Below are positions 9,795 to 18,440 of a DNA stretch of 64,000 nt, piece by piece. The stretch covers positions 1,356,868 to 1,420,867 of the forward strand of contig OZ244029.1 of NCBI GenBank assembly GCA_965214945.1. The letters run 5' to 3'. The DNA comes from Acidimicrobiales bacterium (GTDB lineage Bacteria > Actinomycetota > Acidimicrobiia > Acidimicrobiales > Aldehydirespiratoraceae). The number at the start of each line of letters is the position of its first letter. The stretch's first letter is position 1. A program made the translations under genes and the position numbers. The notes under the pieces are model-generated. The model did no database searches and was not told the DNA's origin. It was given only the letters and a program-made list of their open reading frames with translations.

Positions 9795-10907
9795 TCAGAG
9801 CAGATCCTCGGGGGTGTGGCAGCGCTTGCCCAGGGCTGACGCCACGGCCGGCTCGAATATCCGGCCGCCGTGAACATTGAGCCCGGCTCGCAGCCCCGTA
9901 TCGGCTCGCATCGCGGCGATCGGCCCAGCCTCTGCGATCCGCAGCACATAAGGGAGCGTGGCATTGTTGAGAGCCTGGGTGGAGGTGCGGGGAACAGCTC
10001 CGGGCATGTTGGCAACGCAGTAGTGCACCACTCCGTTCACGACGAAAGTCGGCTCGGCGTGCGTGGTGGGATGCGACGTCTCGGCACAGCCGCCTTGGTC
10101 GATGGCGACGTCGACTATCACCGCTCCGGCGTTCATCTGCTTCACCATCGTTGCTGTCACGAGGCGCGGCGTCCTGGCGCCCGGTATGAGCACCGCGCCA
10201 ATCACGAGATCAGCCGCCACCACCGCGGCCTCGAGCGCCGCCGAGTTCGAGTACACAGTGCGCACGGAGGGGCCGAAGCGGTCCGACAGCAACGCCAGCA
10301 CCTCGAGGTCGCGATCCAGAACGGTCACGTCCGCTCCCAGCCCGACGGCCATCTGGGCGGCGTTGCGGCCCACGACGCCGCCGCCTATTACCACCACCGA
10401 AGCCGGCGGCACGCCGGGTACGCCTCCGAGCAGTACGCCGCGGCCGCCTGCTGCAGCCTCCAGGCAGCGCGCTCCAGCCTGTATCGACATCCTGCCAGCC
10501 ACCTGCGACATAGGCGCCAGAAGCGGCAGACCCCCGCGCCGCCCAACCACCGATTCGTACGCGAACGCCGTGGCACCGCTGGCGAGCAGGTCGTCGGCCT
10601 GCTCAGGGTCGGGAGCGAGATGCAAGAACGTGAACAGCGTGTGATGAGGCCGCAGCTGCGCGCGCTCTGGGGCCTGAGGCTCCTTCACCTTCACGATCAG
10701 CTCGGACACCTCGAACAGCTCGTCGGCGGTGGCCGTCAGCCGGGCGCCGCAGGCCGCGTACTCCTCATCGGCGAAGCCGGCTCCGGTTCCCGCGCCTTGC
10801 TCGATCAGCACCTCGTGGCCGCGTCCCGTGAGTTCGGCAACGCTGTCCGGGGTCAGCCCGACGCGCCGCTCGACGCTCTTGACCTCCGTGGGAACCCCAA
10901 CGCGCAT
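9795..10907 (-). CDS. ald: alanine dehydrogenase
   Basis: 370 aa. MRVGVPTEVKSVERRVGLTPDSV...HEVLIEQGAG, NAD fold VVVIGGGVVGRNAAQMAVGLGADVTVLD, and VIVDVAIDQGGC. Confidence 0.93.
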   Translation of the reverse strand: MRVGVPTEVKSVERRVGLTPDSVAELTGRGHEVLIEQGAGTGAGFADEEYAACGARLTATADELFEVSELIVKVKEPQAPERAQLRPHHTLFTFLHLAPDPEQADDLLASGATAFAYESVVGRRGGLPLLAPMSQVAGRMSIQAGARCLEAAAGGRGVLLGGVPGVPPASVVVIGGGVVGRNAAQMAVGLGADVTVLDRDLEVLALLSDRFGPSVRTVYSNSAALEAAVVAADLVIGAVLIPGARTPRLVTATMVKQMNAGAVIVDVAIDQGGCAETSHPTTHAEPTFVVNGVVHYCVANMPGAVPRTSTQALNNATLPYVLRIAEAGPIAAMRADTGLRAGLNVHGGRIFEPAVASALGKRCHTPEDLL

Positions 10908-11011
10908 AGCAGACTTCCCCCCTGCCTTTTTTAAACATCGGCACCTCGCGCCCTACGCCTGGGCGCTGGCAGACCGAGAATGCCAGCCGAATCCTACCAG
11001 TCATGGCCTGC

Positions 11012-11079
11012 GCCGTCAGCTTCACCGGCCTGCTCAGTTCACCGGCTTGTCCGGCTCACCGGCCTGCTCAGTTACCGGT
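11012..11079. repeat. imperfect 17-nt tandem repeat x4 (intergenic, upstream of ald)
   Basis: Units TTCACCGGCCTGCTCAG / TTCACCGGCTTGTCCGG / CTCACCGGCCTGCTCAG / TTACCGGTGCCGGCTGT. Confidence 0.7.
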
Positions 11080-11132
11080 GCCGGCTGTGTAAGTCACAAC
11101 CTGAGGCGGCCGGGCGGCAGGCACCGGGCGGG

Positions 11133-12380
11133 CTATGCGCCGATTAGCTGGGTTCCCACCTTGAGCTGGTTGAACGGCACGCCCCGGTCGACGCTGATAT
11201 CACGGGGCAGCCCCAGCACACGGTCGCCAATGATGTTGCGCTGGATCTCCGAGGTGCCCCCGGCGATGCCGCCCTGAAGCGCGGACAGGGCGTTGCGCTG
11301 CCACGAAGCCTCTGCCTCGTGCTCCCAGGCGATGCCGGACGCGCCCACAATCTCCATGGACAGGTCGCGGTAGTAATCGGCCAGCTCCGATGCCTGAAGC
11401 TTGCCTATAGAGCCGCCGGGCCCAGGCGTGCGGCCCGCCTTCAGCTCGGCCTGGGTGCGCATCGACACCAGCGAGCGGCAGGTCTCCAGGATCCTCAGCT
11501 GCATCAGCCGCTGACGCAGCGCGGGCCGCCCGAGCGTGCCCCGGCGACGGCATTCGTCGATCAGCCGGTCGGACCGCTCGGTGCTGATCCCGCCGGCGGT
11601 GCCGGTTCCGATCGCCACGCGCTCGTACATGAGCATGGCTGTAGCCATTCGCCAGCCGTTGTTGAGTTCGCCTAGCAGGTTGGCGGCGGGGATTCGCACG
11701 TCGGTGAAGAAGATCTCGTTGAACTGAAGGCCGCCGTCGATCTGCCGGATCGGCCGTATCTCAACGCCGGGGGAGTCCATCGCCACGATGAACATTGAGA
11801 TACCGGCGTGCTTGGGGACGCTGGGGTTGGTGCGGGCGATGATGACGCCGTAGGCACAGAGGTGGGCCAGCGTCGTCCAGACTTTCTGGCCGTTTATGGT
11901 CCATTCGTCGCCGTCGCGCACCGCGGAGGTTTGGAGGCTGGCCACGTCGGATCCCGCGCCCGGCTCGGAGAACATCTGGCACCACACGTCCTCGCCGGAG
12001 ATGTTGCGCGCCAGATAGGCGGCCTTCTGCTCGCTGGTGCCGTACTCGGCGAGCATCGGGCAGCACATCCCGAGCGAGATGGTGAGCGGGTAGGTCATGT
12101 CGGGGTAGTGCCCGTACTCGTCTCGCCAGATTCGCTCGTGGACTGCGGAGAGGCCTGCACCGCCGTACTCCGTCGGGAGGGTCAGGCCGGCCAGCCCAGC
12201 GGCGGCCAGAGCCCTCTGGAAGTGCTGGGCGACTCTGAGGCGCAGCTCACCCCTGGGGTCGGGCCGGCCTCCGAGGTCGACCCCGATGGCGTGCTCGTCC
12301 AGGAACTCCCGGCAGCGGGCGCGAAACGCCGCCTCCTCAGCGGGGGAGAGGCTCGAGACGGCGGGCCGCTCAGCGGACAC
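11133..12380 (-). CDS. acyl-CoA dehydrogenase family protein
   Basis: ACAD motifs CQMFSEPGAGSDVAS, QKVWTT and GGTSEIQRNIIGDRVLGLP. The ORF is open to 12539, abutting ssrA. GTG at 12380 gives a normal-length N-terminus, and ATG 12497 is an alternative. Confidence 0.82.
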   Translation of the reverse strand: MSAERPAVSSLSPAEEAAFRARCREFLDEHAIGVDLGGRPDPRGELRLRVAQHFQRALAAAGLAGLTLPTEYGGAGLSAVHERIWRDEYGHYPDMTYPLTISLGMCCPMLAEYGTSEQKAAYLARNISGEDVWCQMFSEPGAGSDVASLQTSAVRDGDEWTINGQKVWTTLAHLCAYGVIIARTNPSVPKHAGISMFIVAMDSPGVEIRPIRQIDGGLQFNEIFFTDVRIPAANLLGELNNGWRMATAMLMYERVAIGTGTAGGISTERSDRLIDECRRRGTLGRPALRQRLMQLRILETCRSLVSMRTQAELKAGRTPGPGGSIGKLQASELADYYRDLSMEIVGASGIAWEHEAEASWQRNALSALQGGIAGGTSEIQRNIIGDRVLGLPRDISVDRGVPFNQLKVGTQLIGA

Positions 12381-12540
12381 GACGCTCCGGTTCGCGTGGG
12401 CACCGCATCCCACCAGACTATGTTGCGTCGAGCCGGGCTGCGCCCGAGCCTTGCCGAAGCCCGGCACGATCGCCTGTGTCGCAGCTGCCGGTATCATGAA
12501 GTTGCCCTTCGGGGTTGTCGCCTCAACAGCGACGGACAAA

Positions 12541-12931
12541 GGGGCTGACCGGTTTCGACGTCGGGACCAGAAAGCCGAAGCACGCGACCGGAGTTGCCCA
12601 GACTCCCAAAACGGGGCAACAACAGAGACGCCGACAAGGACGATCTCGTTCTCGCCGCCTGATTCAGTTCAGGCGGATAGAGAATCACCGCGACCAGCGA
12701 TGGCACGCGGGGCCTGACCACTGCAGCCTGGCACCAGAAGCAGTGTGTGGACGGCGAGAAAGACCGCTGACAGCAGGCAAAGACCGCTGACACCGGAGAA
12801 AGATCCAGAGGCAGGGCCCTAAGGCCCACACGACCCGGCGTGCCGGCCGCCTCAAAGCCGGAGACTCGGGAATGGTCGTAGCGAGCTTGGCATTCGCCTG
12901 GCGGACGAGGGTTCGATTCCCTCCAGCTCCA
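12541..12931 (+). ncRNA. ssrA: transfer-messenger RNA (tmRNA)
   Basis: 5' GGGGCTGACCGGTTTCGACG pairs with 3' ...CAGCTCC-A as the acceptor stem. T-arm is GAGGG-TTCGATT-CCCTC. An internal frame ...GCC GAC AAG GAC GAT CTC GTT CTC GCC GCC TGA (stop 12660-12662) gives a tag ending DKDDLVLAA. About 391 nt, typical for Actinobacteria. CCA is not encoded. Confidence 0.9.
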
Positions 12932-12953
12932 CATCGGCGTGTATCGTCGCGGC

Positions 12954-13994
12954 ATGCGAGCCGCGGTCTACAGCGAGTTCAACGGCCCGATCACTGTGGA
13001 GAACGTCGGCGATCCCGATGTGCCGGAGGACGGTGTGGTCATCGAGGTGCGGGCCTCCGGGCTGTGCCGTAGCGACCTCTACGCCTGGCGCGGCCACGAC
13101 GCCGACCTGGCCCTGCCGCACGTCCCGGGCCACGAGCTTTCGGGCGTGGTGGCGGAGGCAGGGCCACGAGTGCGGCGCTGGTCGGCGGGGGATCGGGTGA
13201 CCGCCCCCTTCTGCTGCGGCTGCGGGCATTGCCCCGCCTGTGCCGCCGGCAACGAGCAAACCTGCGACAACTACTACCAGCCAGGCTTCACCGCATGGGG
13301 CTCATTCGCCCAGTACTGCGCGATCCCGCACGCCGACGTGAACGTTGCCGCCATATCCGACGACTTCGCGTTCGAGCACGCCTCGATACTCGGGTGCCGT
13401 ATGATCACCGCCTACCGGGCGTTGGCCGAGCGGGGGCGGCTGGCACCCGGAGAGTGGCTGTCGGTTCACGGCTGCGGCGGGCTTGGGCTCAGCCTGGTGA
13501 TGATCGGAGCGGCGCTGGGCGCCCGAGTCGTCGCTGTGGACATCGGTGAGCAGGCTCTGGCTCTGGCGTCCGCTGCGGGTGCCGAGGCGACGGTGCGCGC
13601 CACGCAGGGGCGGGGCCGTGAAACGGTCGCCGAGGTGCGCCAGGCCACTGGCGGGGGAGCGCACGTGTCGGTCGACGCGTTCGGCAGCCCGGAGGTAGCT
13701 GGGAACTCGATACGAAGCCTGCGCAAGCAGGGCCGCCACGTTCAGGCGGGCCTGCTCGACGAGCGGCTGACCGGCATCCCGCTGGGCTATGTGGTGTCAC
13801 GCGAGCTCGAGGTGCTGGGCACCAAGGGGATGTCGGCGCGCCGCTACCCCGACCTGATGGAGCTGATCGCGCGGGCGCGCATTGACCTCGGCAGCCTCGT
13901 GAGCCGCACGATGAGCCTCAAAGACCTGCCCGGCGCGTTCGAGGAAATGTCAGGCCTGACCGCCCACGGCGTGGCGGTGGTCAACTCCTTCTAG
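12954..13994 (+). CDS. zinc-binding alcohol dehydrogenase (MDR family)
   Basis: Catalytic zinc motif GHELSGVV, structural zinc Cys cluster CGCGHCPACAAGNEQTC, NAD fold VHGCGGLGLS. ATG 12954 was chosen because the upstream part of the ORF overlaps the tmRNA 3' end. Confidence 0.85.
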   Translation: MRAAVYSEFNGPITVENVGDPDVPEDGVVIEVRASGLCRSDLYAWRGHDADLALPHVPGHELSGVVAEAGPRVRRWSAGDRVTAPFCCGCGHCPACAAGNEQTCDNYYQPGFTAWGSFAQYCAIPHADVNVAAISDDFAFEHASILGCRMITAYRALAERGRLAPGEWLSVHGCGGLGLSLVMIGAALGARVVAVDIGEQALALASAAGAEATVRATQGRGRETVAEVRQATGGGAHVSVDAFGSPEVAGNSIRSLRKQGRHVQAGLLDERLTGIPLGYVVSRELEVLGTKGMSARRYPDLMELIARARIDLGSLVSRTMSLKDLPGAFEEMSGLTAHGVAVVNSF

Positions 13995-14051
13995 CTCGCC
14001 GCAGCCAGTTCAGCGAGGCTCTTCGAGGGCCACTGTTCATGCGGCGCTGGT

Positions 14052-14513
14052 TTAGCGGCGCCGGTCAACCCCAGCACGGTCATTGCCGGGAGTTCGGTGA
14101 GACCCGACCGCCTGGCTAGGCGGCACTGGTCGGCAGAGGGACACCGGCAACAGGCCCGCTGCCGCTGACGAACGCGTGCGGCCGTCGGTTATGAGCGAGC
14201 GCGACACGGCACGAGCGGCCAGCTCGTCGATGTCGTAGCGCAGCGGGTCGTGGAGGTAGGCATCCACTGCGCTGCCATCCGGGAACGACAACACCAAAAC
14301 AGCGTCGGGACGGCCGGGCCCCGCGTCGAGTTCGGCTATCCGGCGCTCGAAGCGGCCCCGGTGGCGCGGCACGAGTTCCAGCAGCCGCTCGATGTAGTTC
14401 TCCAGCTCGCGGGGTGTGCTCGCCTTCCACAGGCACAGCGTCAGTTCGATTCGCCGCTGCGGGTCATCCGCCTTGGCGCTCACTCGCAGCAGAGGGCTCG
14501 CTGACACACGCAC
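14052..14513 (-). CDS. hypothetical protein
   Basis: 153-aa ORF with a compact ~95-aa core (IELTLCLWKASTPRELENYIERLLELVPRHRG...VLVLSFPDGSAVDAYLHDP) followed by a low-complexity tail. No motif that I can name. Confidence 0.4.
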   Translation of the reverse strand: MRVSASPLLRVSAKADDPQRRIELTLCLWKASTPRELENYIERLLELVPRHRGRFERRIAELDAGPGRPDAVLVLSFPDGSAVDAYLHDPLRYDIDELAARAVSRSLITDGRTRSSAAAGLLPVSLCRPVPPSQAVGSHRTPGNDRAGVDRRR

Positions 14514-14622
14514 AGGACGATAGCGACCGCTGAAAGCGCCATAGCCATATCGTCTCAGCCGCCCACATCAACTTTACATAACGTATATTTCCGGCGGGAG
14601 GGATGAAAGCGCCAGCCGGGGA

Positions 14623-16104
14623 ATGCCGGAGCGGGCTCGCGTAGCCGTCGGGCGGCGGATAGCTTGTAGAGCTGTGAGCAAGCGGCTTGAGATCGAGCTG
14701 ACGAGCCGTCATCCCGACGGGACTTGGACATGGAGAGTTGCCGGCGCTCGGATGCCGAAGGGCCGGGTCGACGGCAGGCTCGTCCCCGCGGCTGCATCGG
14801 TCGGCGCGGTGCTGCGAGCCGAAGCCGACTCAAGCATCGAGGGCTTGGAGATCAAGGGGCTGATCATGCCCGAGGAGCCCCCCGAGCCGACTGACCGCTT
14901 GGAGCTGATCAGCCGTCGGCCGGTTTCCAAAGTGACGACGTCCCTGGCCGCCGGCACCCGCCGCAGGCTGTCCGAGGGTGAGGTTGAACGCGACCGCGGA
15001 TCGCGCGGTGCGGACCGCCGAGCCCGAGGCCGACACGACAAGCGGCGCCGACGCGACGGTCCGGCAAGCCAGGGCCCCAGAAGGAGGTCCGGTGCCAGAG
15101 CCCGCCTTGGGGACGGGCGCGAACGCAGCCGCCGTGACGCCCGCAAGACACCGCGTGGTCGCAGGATGCGGAGCCAGTCGGGCGGAGGCTCTCACACCAG
15201 ACGATCCGAACGTCGCGGCCCCCGCGGCCGTCCGGGAACCCCGAGGAACAGGCCTCCGCGCCCGCGCAAGCCTCGGCCTCCCCGGCTCAAAGCCAAGCGC
15301 GTGCACCGCGATGCAGCACTGTCGCTGTTGCCTGAGGAACAGCACCTGCTGGCGCGAGAGGTGCTGCGCGGCGGAGTTCCCGGAGTCCGCAACGCGATCG
15401 CCAGGATGAACAAGAGAGCCGCAGCGGAGGGCCTGCCGCGGATCAAGGCCGAGCCGCTGCTGGCGCTGGCTGGGAAGCTGGCGCCGGGCCTGAAGTCAGC
15501 AGAGTGGCACGATCGGGCTGAGGCGACTCTCGACGGCATCGACACGGTCGACCTGCGCGACATACGCTCCGTCGTGGCAGCTGCCGACCGCTCCGCGCGC
15601 ACTAGGGAGACCAAAGCGCTGGCTGCGCGGCTGCGGACGGGCTTGGCGTCCCGACTGGACACCGAGCACCGTCAGTGGCTGGCTGAGATGTCGGCCTGCA
15701 TAAGCGAAAAGCGCACCGTCCGGGCGCTGCGTCTCAGCTCGCGTCCTCCCAAGGCGGGCTCGCCCCTTCCACCGGACATCTCAAAAAGCTTGAGCGCGCT
15801 GGCCGCGGCAGACCTGAGCGCGGACACGTCGCAGCAGCGATGGGCGACAGTGCTCGACGCGCTGGCGTTCTCCCCCTTGCGCGCCCACGTGAAGCCCGCC
15901 GGTCTGCCCGACAAGCCAGGTGCCGAACTGGTCGCTCGGGTTCGCAAGGCGGGGTCGCGCGTGCCTCACATAGCCGCCATGTTCGGGGTGGAAGTGAAAC
16001 AGAAGCAGCGGCCCCGGGTTCCGCCTCCTCCCCCGCCGCAGCCGGCCGAGCCCCAAGCCGACGCCCGCGAGTCGCAGTCTGAACCTCCTGCCACAGCGCC
16101 GTGA
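14623..16104 (+). CDS. hypothetical protein with Arg-rich disordered centre
   Basis: 493-aa ORF with coding-like third positions. It has an N-terminal ~100-aa domain, a ~115-aa Arg/Gly/Pro-rich basic segment, a helical C-terminal ~260 aa and a PPPPPPQP tail. Start is uncertain (ATG 14623 or GTG 14674). Its stop overlaps the next gene. Confidence 0.6.
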   Translation: MPERARVAVGRRIACRAVSKRLEIELTSRHPDGTWTWRVAGARMPKGRVDGRLVPAAASVGAVLRAEADSSIEGLEIKGLIMPEEPPEPTDRLELISRRPVSKVTTSLAAGTRRRLSEGEVERDRGSRGADRRARGRHDKRRRRDGPASQGPRRRSGARARLGDGRERSRRDARKTPRGRRMRSQSGGGSHTRRSERRGPRGRPGTPRNRPPRPRKPRPPRLKAKRVHRDAALSLLPEEQHLLAREVLRGGVPGVRNAIARMNKRAAAEGLPRIKAEPLLALAGKLAPGLKSAEWHDRAEATLDGIDTVDLRDIRSVVAAADRSARTRETKALAARLRTGLASRLDTEHRQWLAEMSACISEKRTVRALRLSSRPPKAGSPLPPDISKSLSALAAADLSADTSQQRWATVLDALAFSPLRAHVKPAGLPDKPGAELVARVRKAGSRVPHIAAMFGVEVKQKQRPRVPPPPPPQPAEPQADARESQSEPPATAP

Positions 16105-16862
16105 TCGACTTTGAGGCCAGCGACAACGTCGCCGTAATCACCATCAACCGGCCCGAGGCCCGCAACGCGGTGAACGGCGCAGTGGCTAGAGGCATCGAGG
16201 AGGCGATTGACCGCCTCGAGTCCGATGACTCGCTGTGGGTCGGCATTCTCACGCACACCGGACCGGTGTTCTGCGCGGGGGCAGACCTCAAAGAAATCGC
16301 CGCAGGCCGACACCGGGAACTCATTACCGCGAGAGGAGGCTTCGGCGGGATAGTGCTTCGCGAGCGCACCAAGCCGATGATCGCAGCCATCGACGGCCCA
16401 GCCCTAGCAGGAGGCACCGAAGTGGCCCTGGCGTGCGATCTGCGGGCTGCGTCGGTTGCGGCTTCGTTCGGTCTGCCCGAGGTGAAACACTCGCTGATCG
16501 CCGCGGCCGGCGGGCTGGTCCGCCTGCCGAGGGCCATTCCGCAAGCCATCGCGATGGAGATCGCCTTGACGGGAGACTCCATCAGCGCCGAGCGGGCCGG
16601 CGAACTGGGGCTGCTCAACACGCTCTGTGAGCGCGGCGAGGCTTTCAACGCGGCCTTGCGTCTGGCCGAGCGGGTAAATGCCAATGCGCCGCTCGCGGTC
16701 CGCGAGACGCGCAGACTGGTGCTCGAGGGAGCTTCGCAGACCGACGAGCAGGCGATGAAGGCGGCAGGCCGGGCCATGATCGGCCTGCGCGACAGCGAGG
16801 ACTTCCGTGAAGGCCCCCGCGCCTTCGTAGAGAAGCGGCCGCCCAGATGGAAGGGCCGCTAG
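16101..16862 (+). CDS. enoyl-CoA hydratase/isomerase (crotonase) family protein
   Basis: 253 aa. VAVITINRPEARNAV, oxyanion-hole region VFCAGADLKE, and AAIDGPALAGGTEVALACDL. Confidence 0.88.
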   Translation: MIDFEASDNVAVITINRPEARNAVNGAVARGIEEAIDRLESDDSLWVGILTHTGPVFCAGADLKEIAAGRHRELITARGGFGGIVLRERTKPMIAAIDGPALAGGTEVALACDLRAASVAASFGLPEVKHSLIAAAGGLVRLPRAIPQAIAMEIALTGDSISAERAGELGLLNTLCERGEAFNAALRLAERVNANAPLAVRETRRLVLEGASQTDEQAMKAAGRAMIGLRDSEDFREGPRAFVEKRPPRWKGR

Positions 16863-16888
16863 GCGGGGTGCTGGCTCAGAAGCCGTCA

Positions 16889-16924
16889 GCTGAGCAACAG
16901 AGCGTCGCTGAGCAACAGAGCGTC
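16889..16924. repeat. perfect 18-nt tandem duplication (intergenic)
   Basis: GCTGAGCAACAGAGCGTC occurs twice back to back, between the convergent crotonase and Nudix genes. Confidence 0.8.
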
Positions 16925-16926
16925 GC

Positions 16927-17361
16927 CTAGCCGGTGCCCGATGTGATGCCGTGGGCGCGGAAGAACTCGGCCAGGCCGTCTACGAGCGGGAGCCCGCCAA
17001 GTTCGTCGACGTGAAACCATCCGACGTCCGCCGCGTCACCGCCCGCGGCGAGTTCGTCGCTTTCGTCGGCGACGGTGACCTCGAAGTCGAGAATCACGAA
17101 GTGGCGGCCGTCGCCGATCCTCTCTGCGAAGCCCACGAAGCCACCGCAAACGCCTGAGAGGCCTGTCTCCTCAGCCAGTTCGCGCACCACAGCCTGCGCC
17201 AGCGTCTCTCCTGGCTCCACCCTGCCGCCGGGAACCGACCATCTGCCCTTGCCCGGGCTGCTGCCCCTGCAGACCAACAGCAGCTCATCGCCGCGGCGCG
17301 CGACCGCCCCTACCGCAACCTCCGCCCGTGCAGCGGCCGCAGCCGCAGCACGGGCGGTCAT
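16927..17361 (-). CDS. NUDIX hydrolase
   Basis: Nudix box GGRVEPGETLAQAVVRELAEETGL. Confidence 0.85.
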   Translation of the reverse strand: MTARAAAAAAARAEVAVGAVARRGDELLLVCRGSSPGKGRWSVPGGRVEPGETLAQAVVRELAEETGLSGVCGGFVGFAERIGDGRHFVILDFEVTVADESDELAAGGDAADVGWFHVDELGGLPLVDGLAEFFRAHGITSGTG

Positions 17362-17852
17362 AGCTCCGACGGCAGGTCGAGGCTTCGGTGAACGGTGATC
17401 GAACGCGCCACCATGTTGTGTGTCTCAAAGAAGTTCTTGGTGTGACGATCTCCGGGGAGCGCGAGGCTGTCCATTCCGACGCATCCCCGCTGGCGCGCCC
17501 AGTCGGTCAGCAGTCCGATCATGGCCTCCCCCACTCCCACGCCGCGCGCTTCGGGCAGCACATAAAGATCGCCGATCCTGCCCACGACGGCGCCGTCGTG
17601 CAGCTTCAGCAGGCGGATGGCGCCGTAGCCGACGATCGCGTCGTCGATCGTGCCGACGATCACCGTCGAACTCTCGTCTGAGAGGTCTCTGAGCAGGCTC
17701 TCCGCAAGCGGCGTCGACCGGGCTTCCAGCCGCGCCCACACAGACCCGCCGCGGAGCGGCCTCATCTCCTCTATGGCCTGCGCCGCCAGCTGCGCGACGA
17801 CTGCGATATCGGCAGTGGTCGCGGCTCTGGCCGACTCCTCAATCGCAGTCAC
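17358..17852 (-). CDS. GNAT family N-acetyltransferase
   Basis: 164 aa with acetyl-CoA motif A ARGVGVGEAMIGLLTDWARQRG. Its stop overlaps the Nudix start. Confidence 0.75.
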   Translation of the reverse strand: MTAIEESARAATTADIAVVAQLAAQAIEEMRPLRGGSVWARLEARSTPLAESLLRDLSDESSTVIVGTIDDAIVGYGAIRLLKLHDGAVVGRIGDLYVLPEARGVGVGEAMIGLLTDWARQRGCVGMDSLALPGDRHTKNFFETHNMVARSITVHRSLDLPSEL

Positions 17853-17943
17853 GGGCGGACACGGTCATCATCGAGTGGTTGTCATCGGATCGGCTGTCGC
17901 TGGCCGGGGTTGTCATCGGATCGGACGGGCGCAGATCAGGATC

Positions 17944-18357
17944 TCATCGGCTGAGAATCCGCTCAATCGACGCACAGGGGTCCTCGCCGGACGGGCATAC
18001 CGGATCGTGACGCGAACCAAACTGGCTCGCCCCCACAATCATGAAGCACTGGTCGCACCTCCACTCGTTGGAGCGCAGCGGCGCCACCTGCCTGGCAGCC
18101 TTCGGCGACCGCGCGGCATCGTCCTCATCATCCTCGTCGTCGCCTGCGGCGATCCGGTCGCGCAGTATCTTCTCGAGGTCGGCCTCCACATCACTGGGAT
18201 CGACGTCCTCCTCCTCGTCGTCTTCGTCTTCCTCGTCCTCCTCGGGCGCGGGTGCCGCGACATCGTCCTGTCCGTCGTCATCGTCGCTGTGATCAAGTCC
18301 CTCGCGCCCGGTGCCGTCGGCCGGCTTGCTGTGTTCCAGATCGTCGTGTTCGCTCAT
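17944..18357 (-). CDS. acidic DUF4193-like protein
   Basis: Asp/Glu-rich body followed by a C-terminal Cys motif RCDQCFMIVGASQFGSRHDPVCPSGEDPC, as I recall for actinobacterial DUF4193. The ORF is open to 18444, but ATG 18357 is preferred on third-position GC. Confidence 0.55.
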   Translation of the reverse strand: MSEHDDLEHSKPADGTGREGLDHSDDDDGQDDVAAPAPEEDEEDEDDEEEDVDPSDVEADLEKILRDRIAAGDDEDDEDDAARSPKAARQVAPLRSNEWRCDQCFMIVGASQFGSRHDPVCPSGEDPCASIERILSR

Positions 18358-18440
18358 CGGTCTGTGGTAAATGCCTCCCTGCTCGCAAGCGGTCCGCAAC
18401 CGCGCGGGGGATGATAGGCACACTTTGACGCCGCGCGATG

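Noticed and set aside
12381-12539. 5' extension of the acyl-CoA dehydrogenase ORF that runs up to 1 nt from the tmRNA 5' end
   Set aside because: The ACAD homology starts near ...LSPAEEAAFRARCREFLDEH. The extension would remove all space for the ssrA promoter, so an internal GTG (12380) is more plausible.
12541-13000. Possible genomic island integrated at the tmRNA 3' end, a common integration hotspot
   Set aside because: No integrase is present. There is no second copy of the tmRNA 3' segment (GGTTCGATTCCCTCCAGCTCC) elsewhere in the window, and an ordinary ADH gene starts 23 nt downstream.
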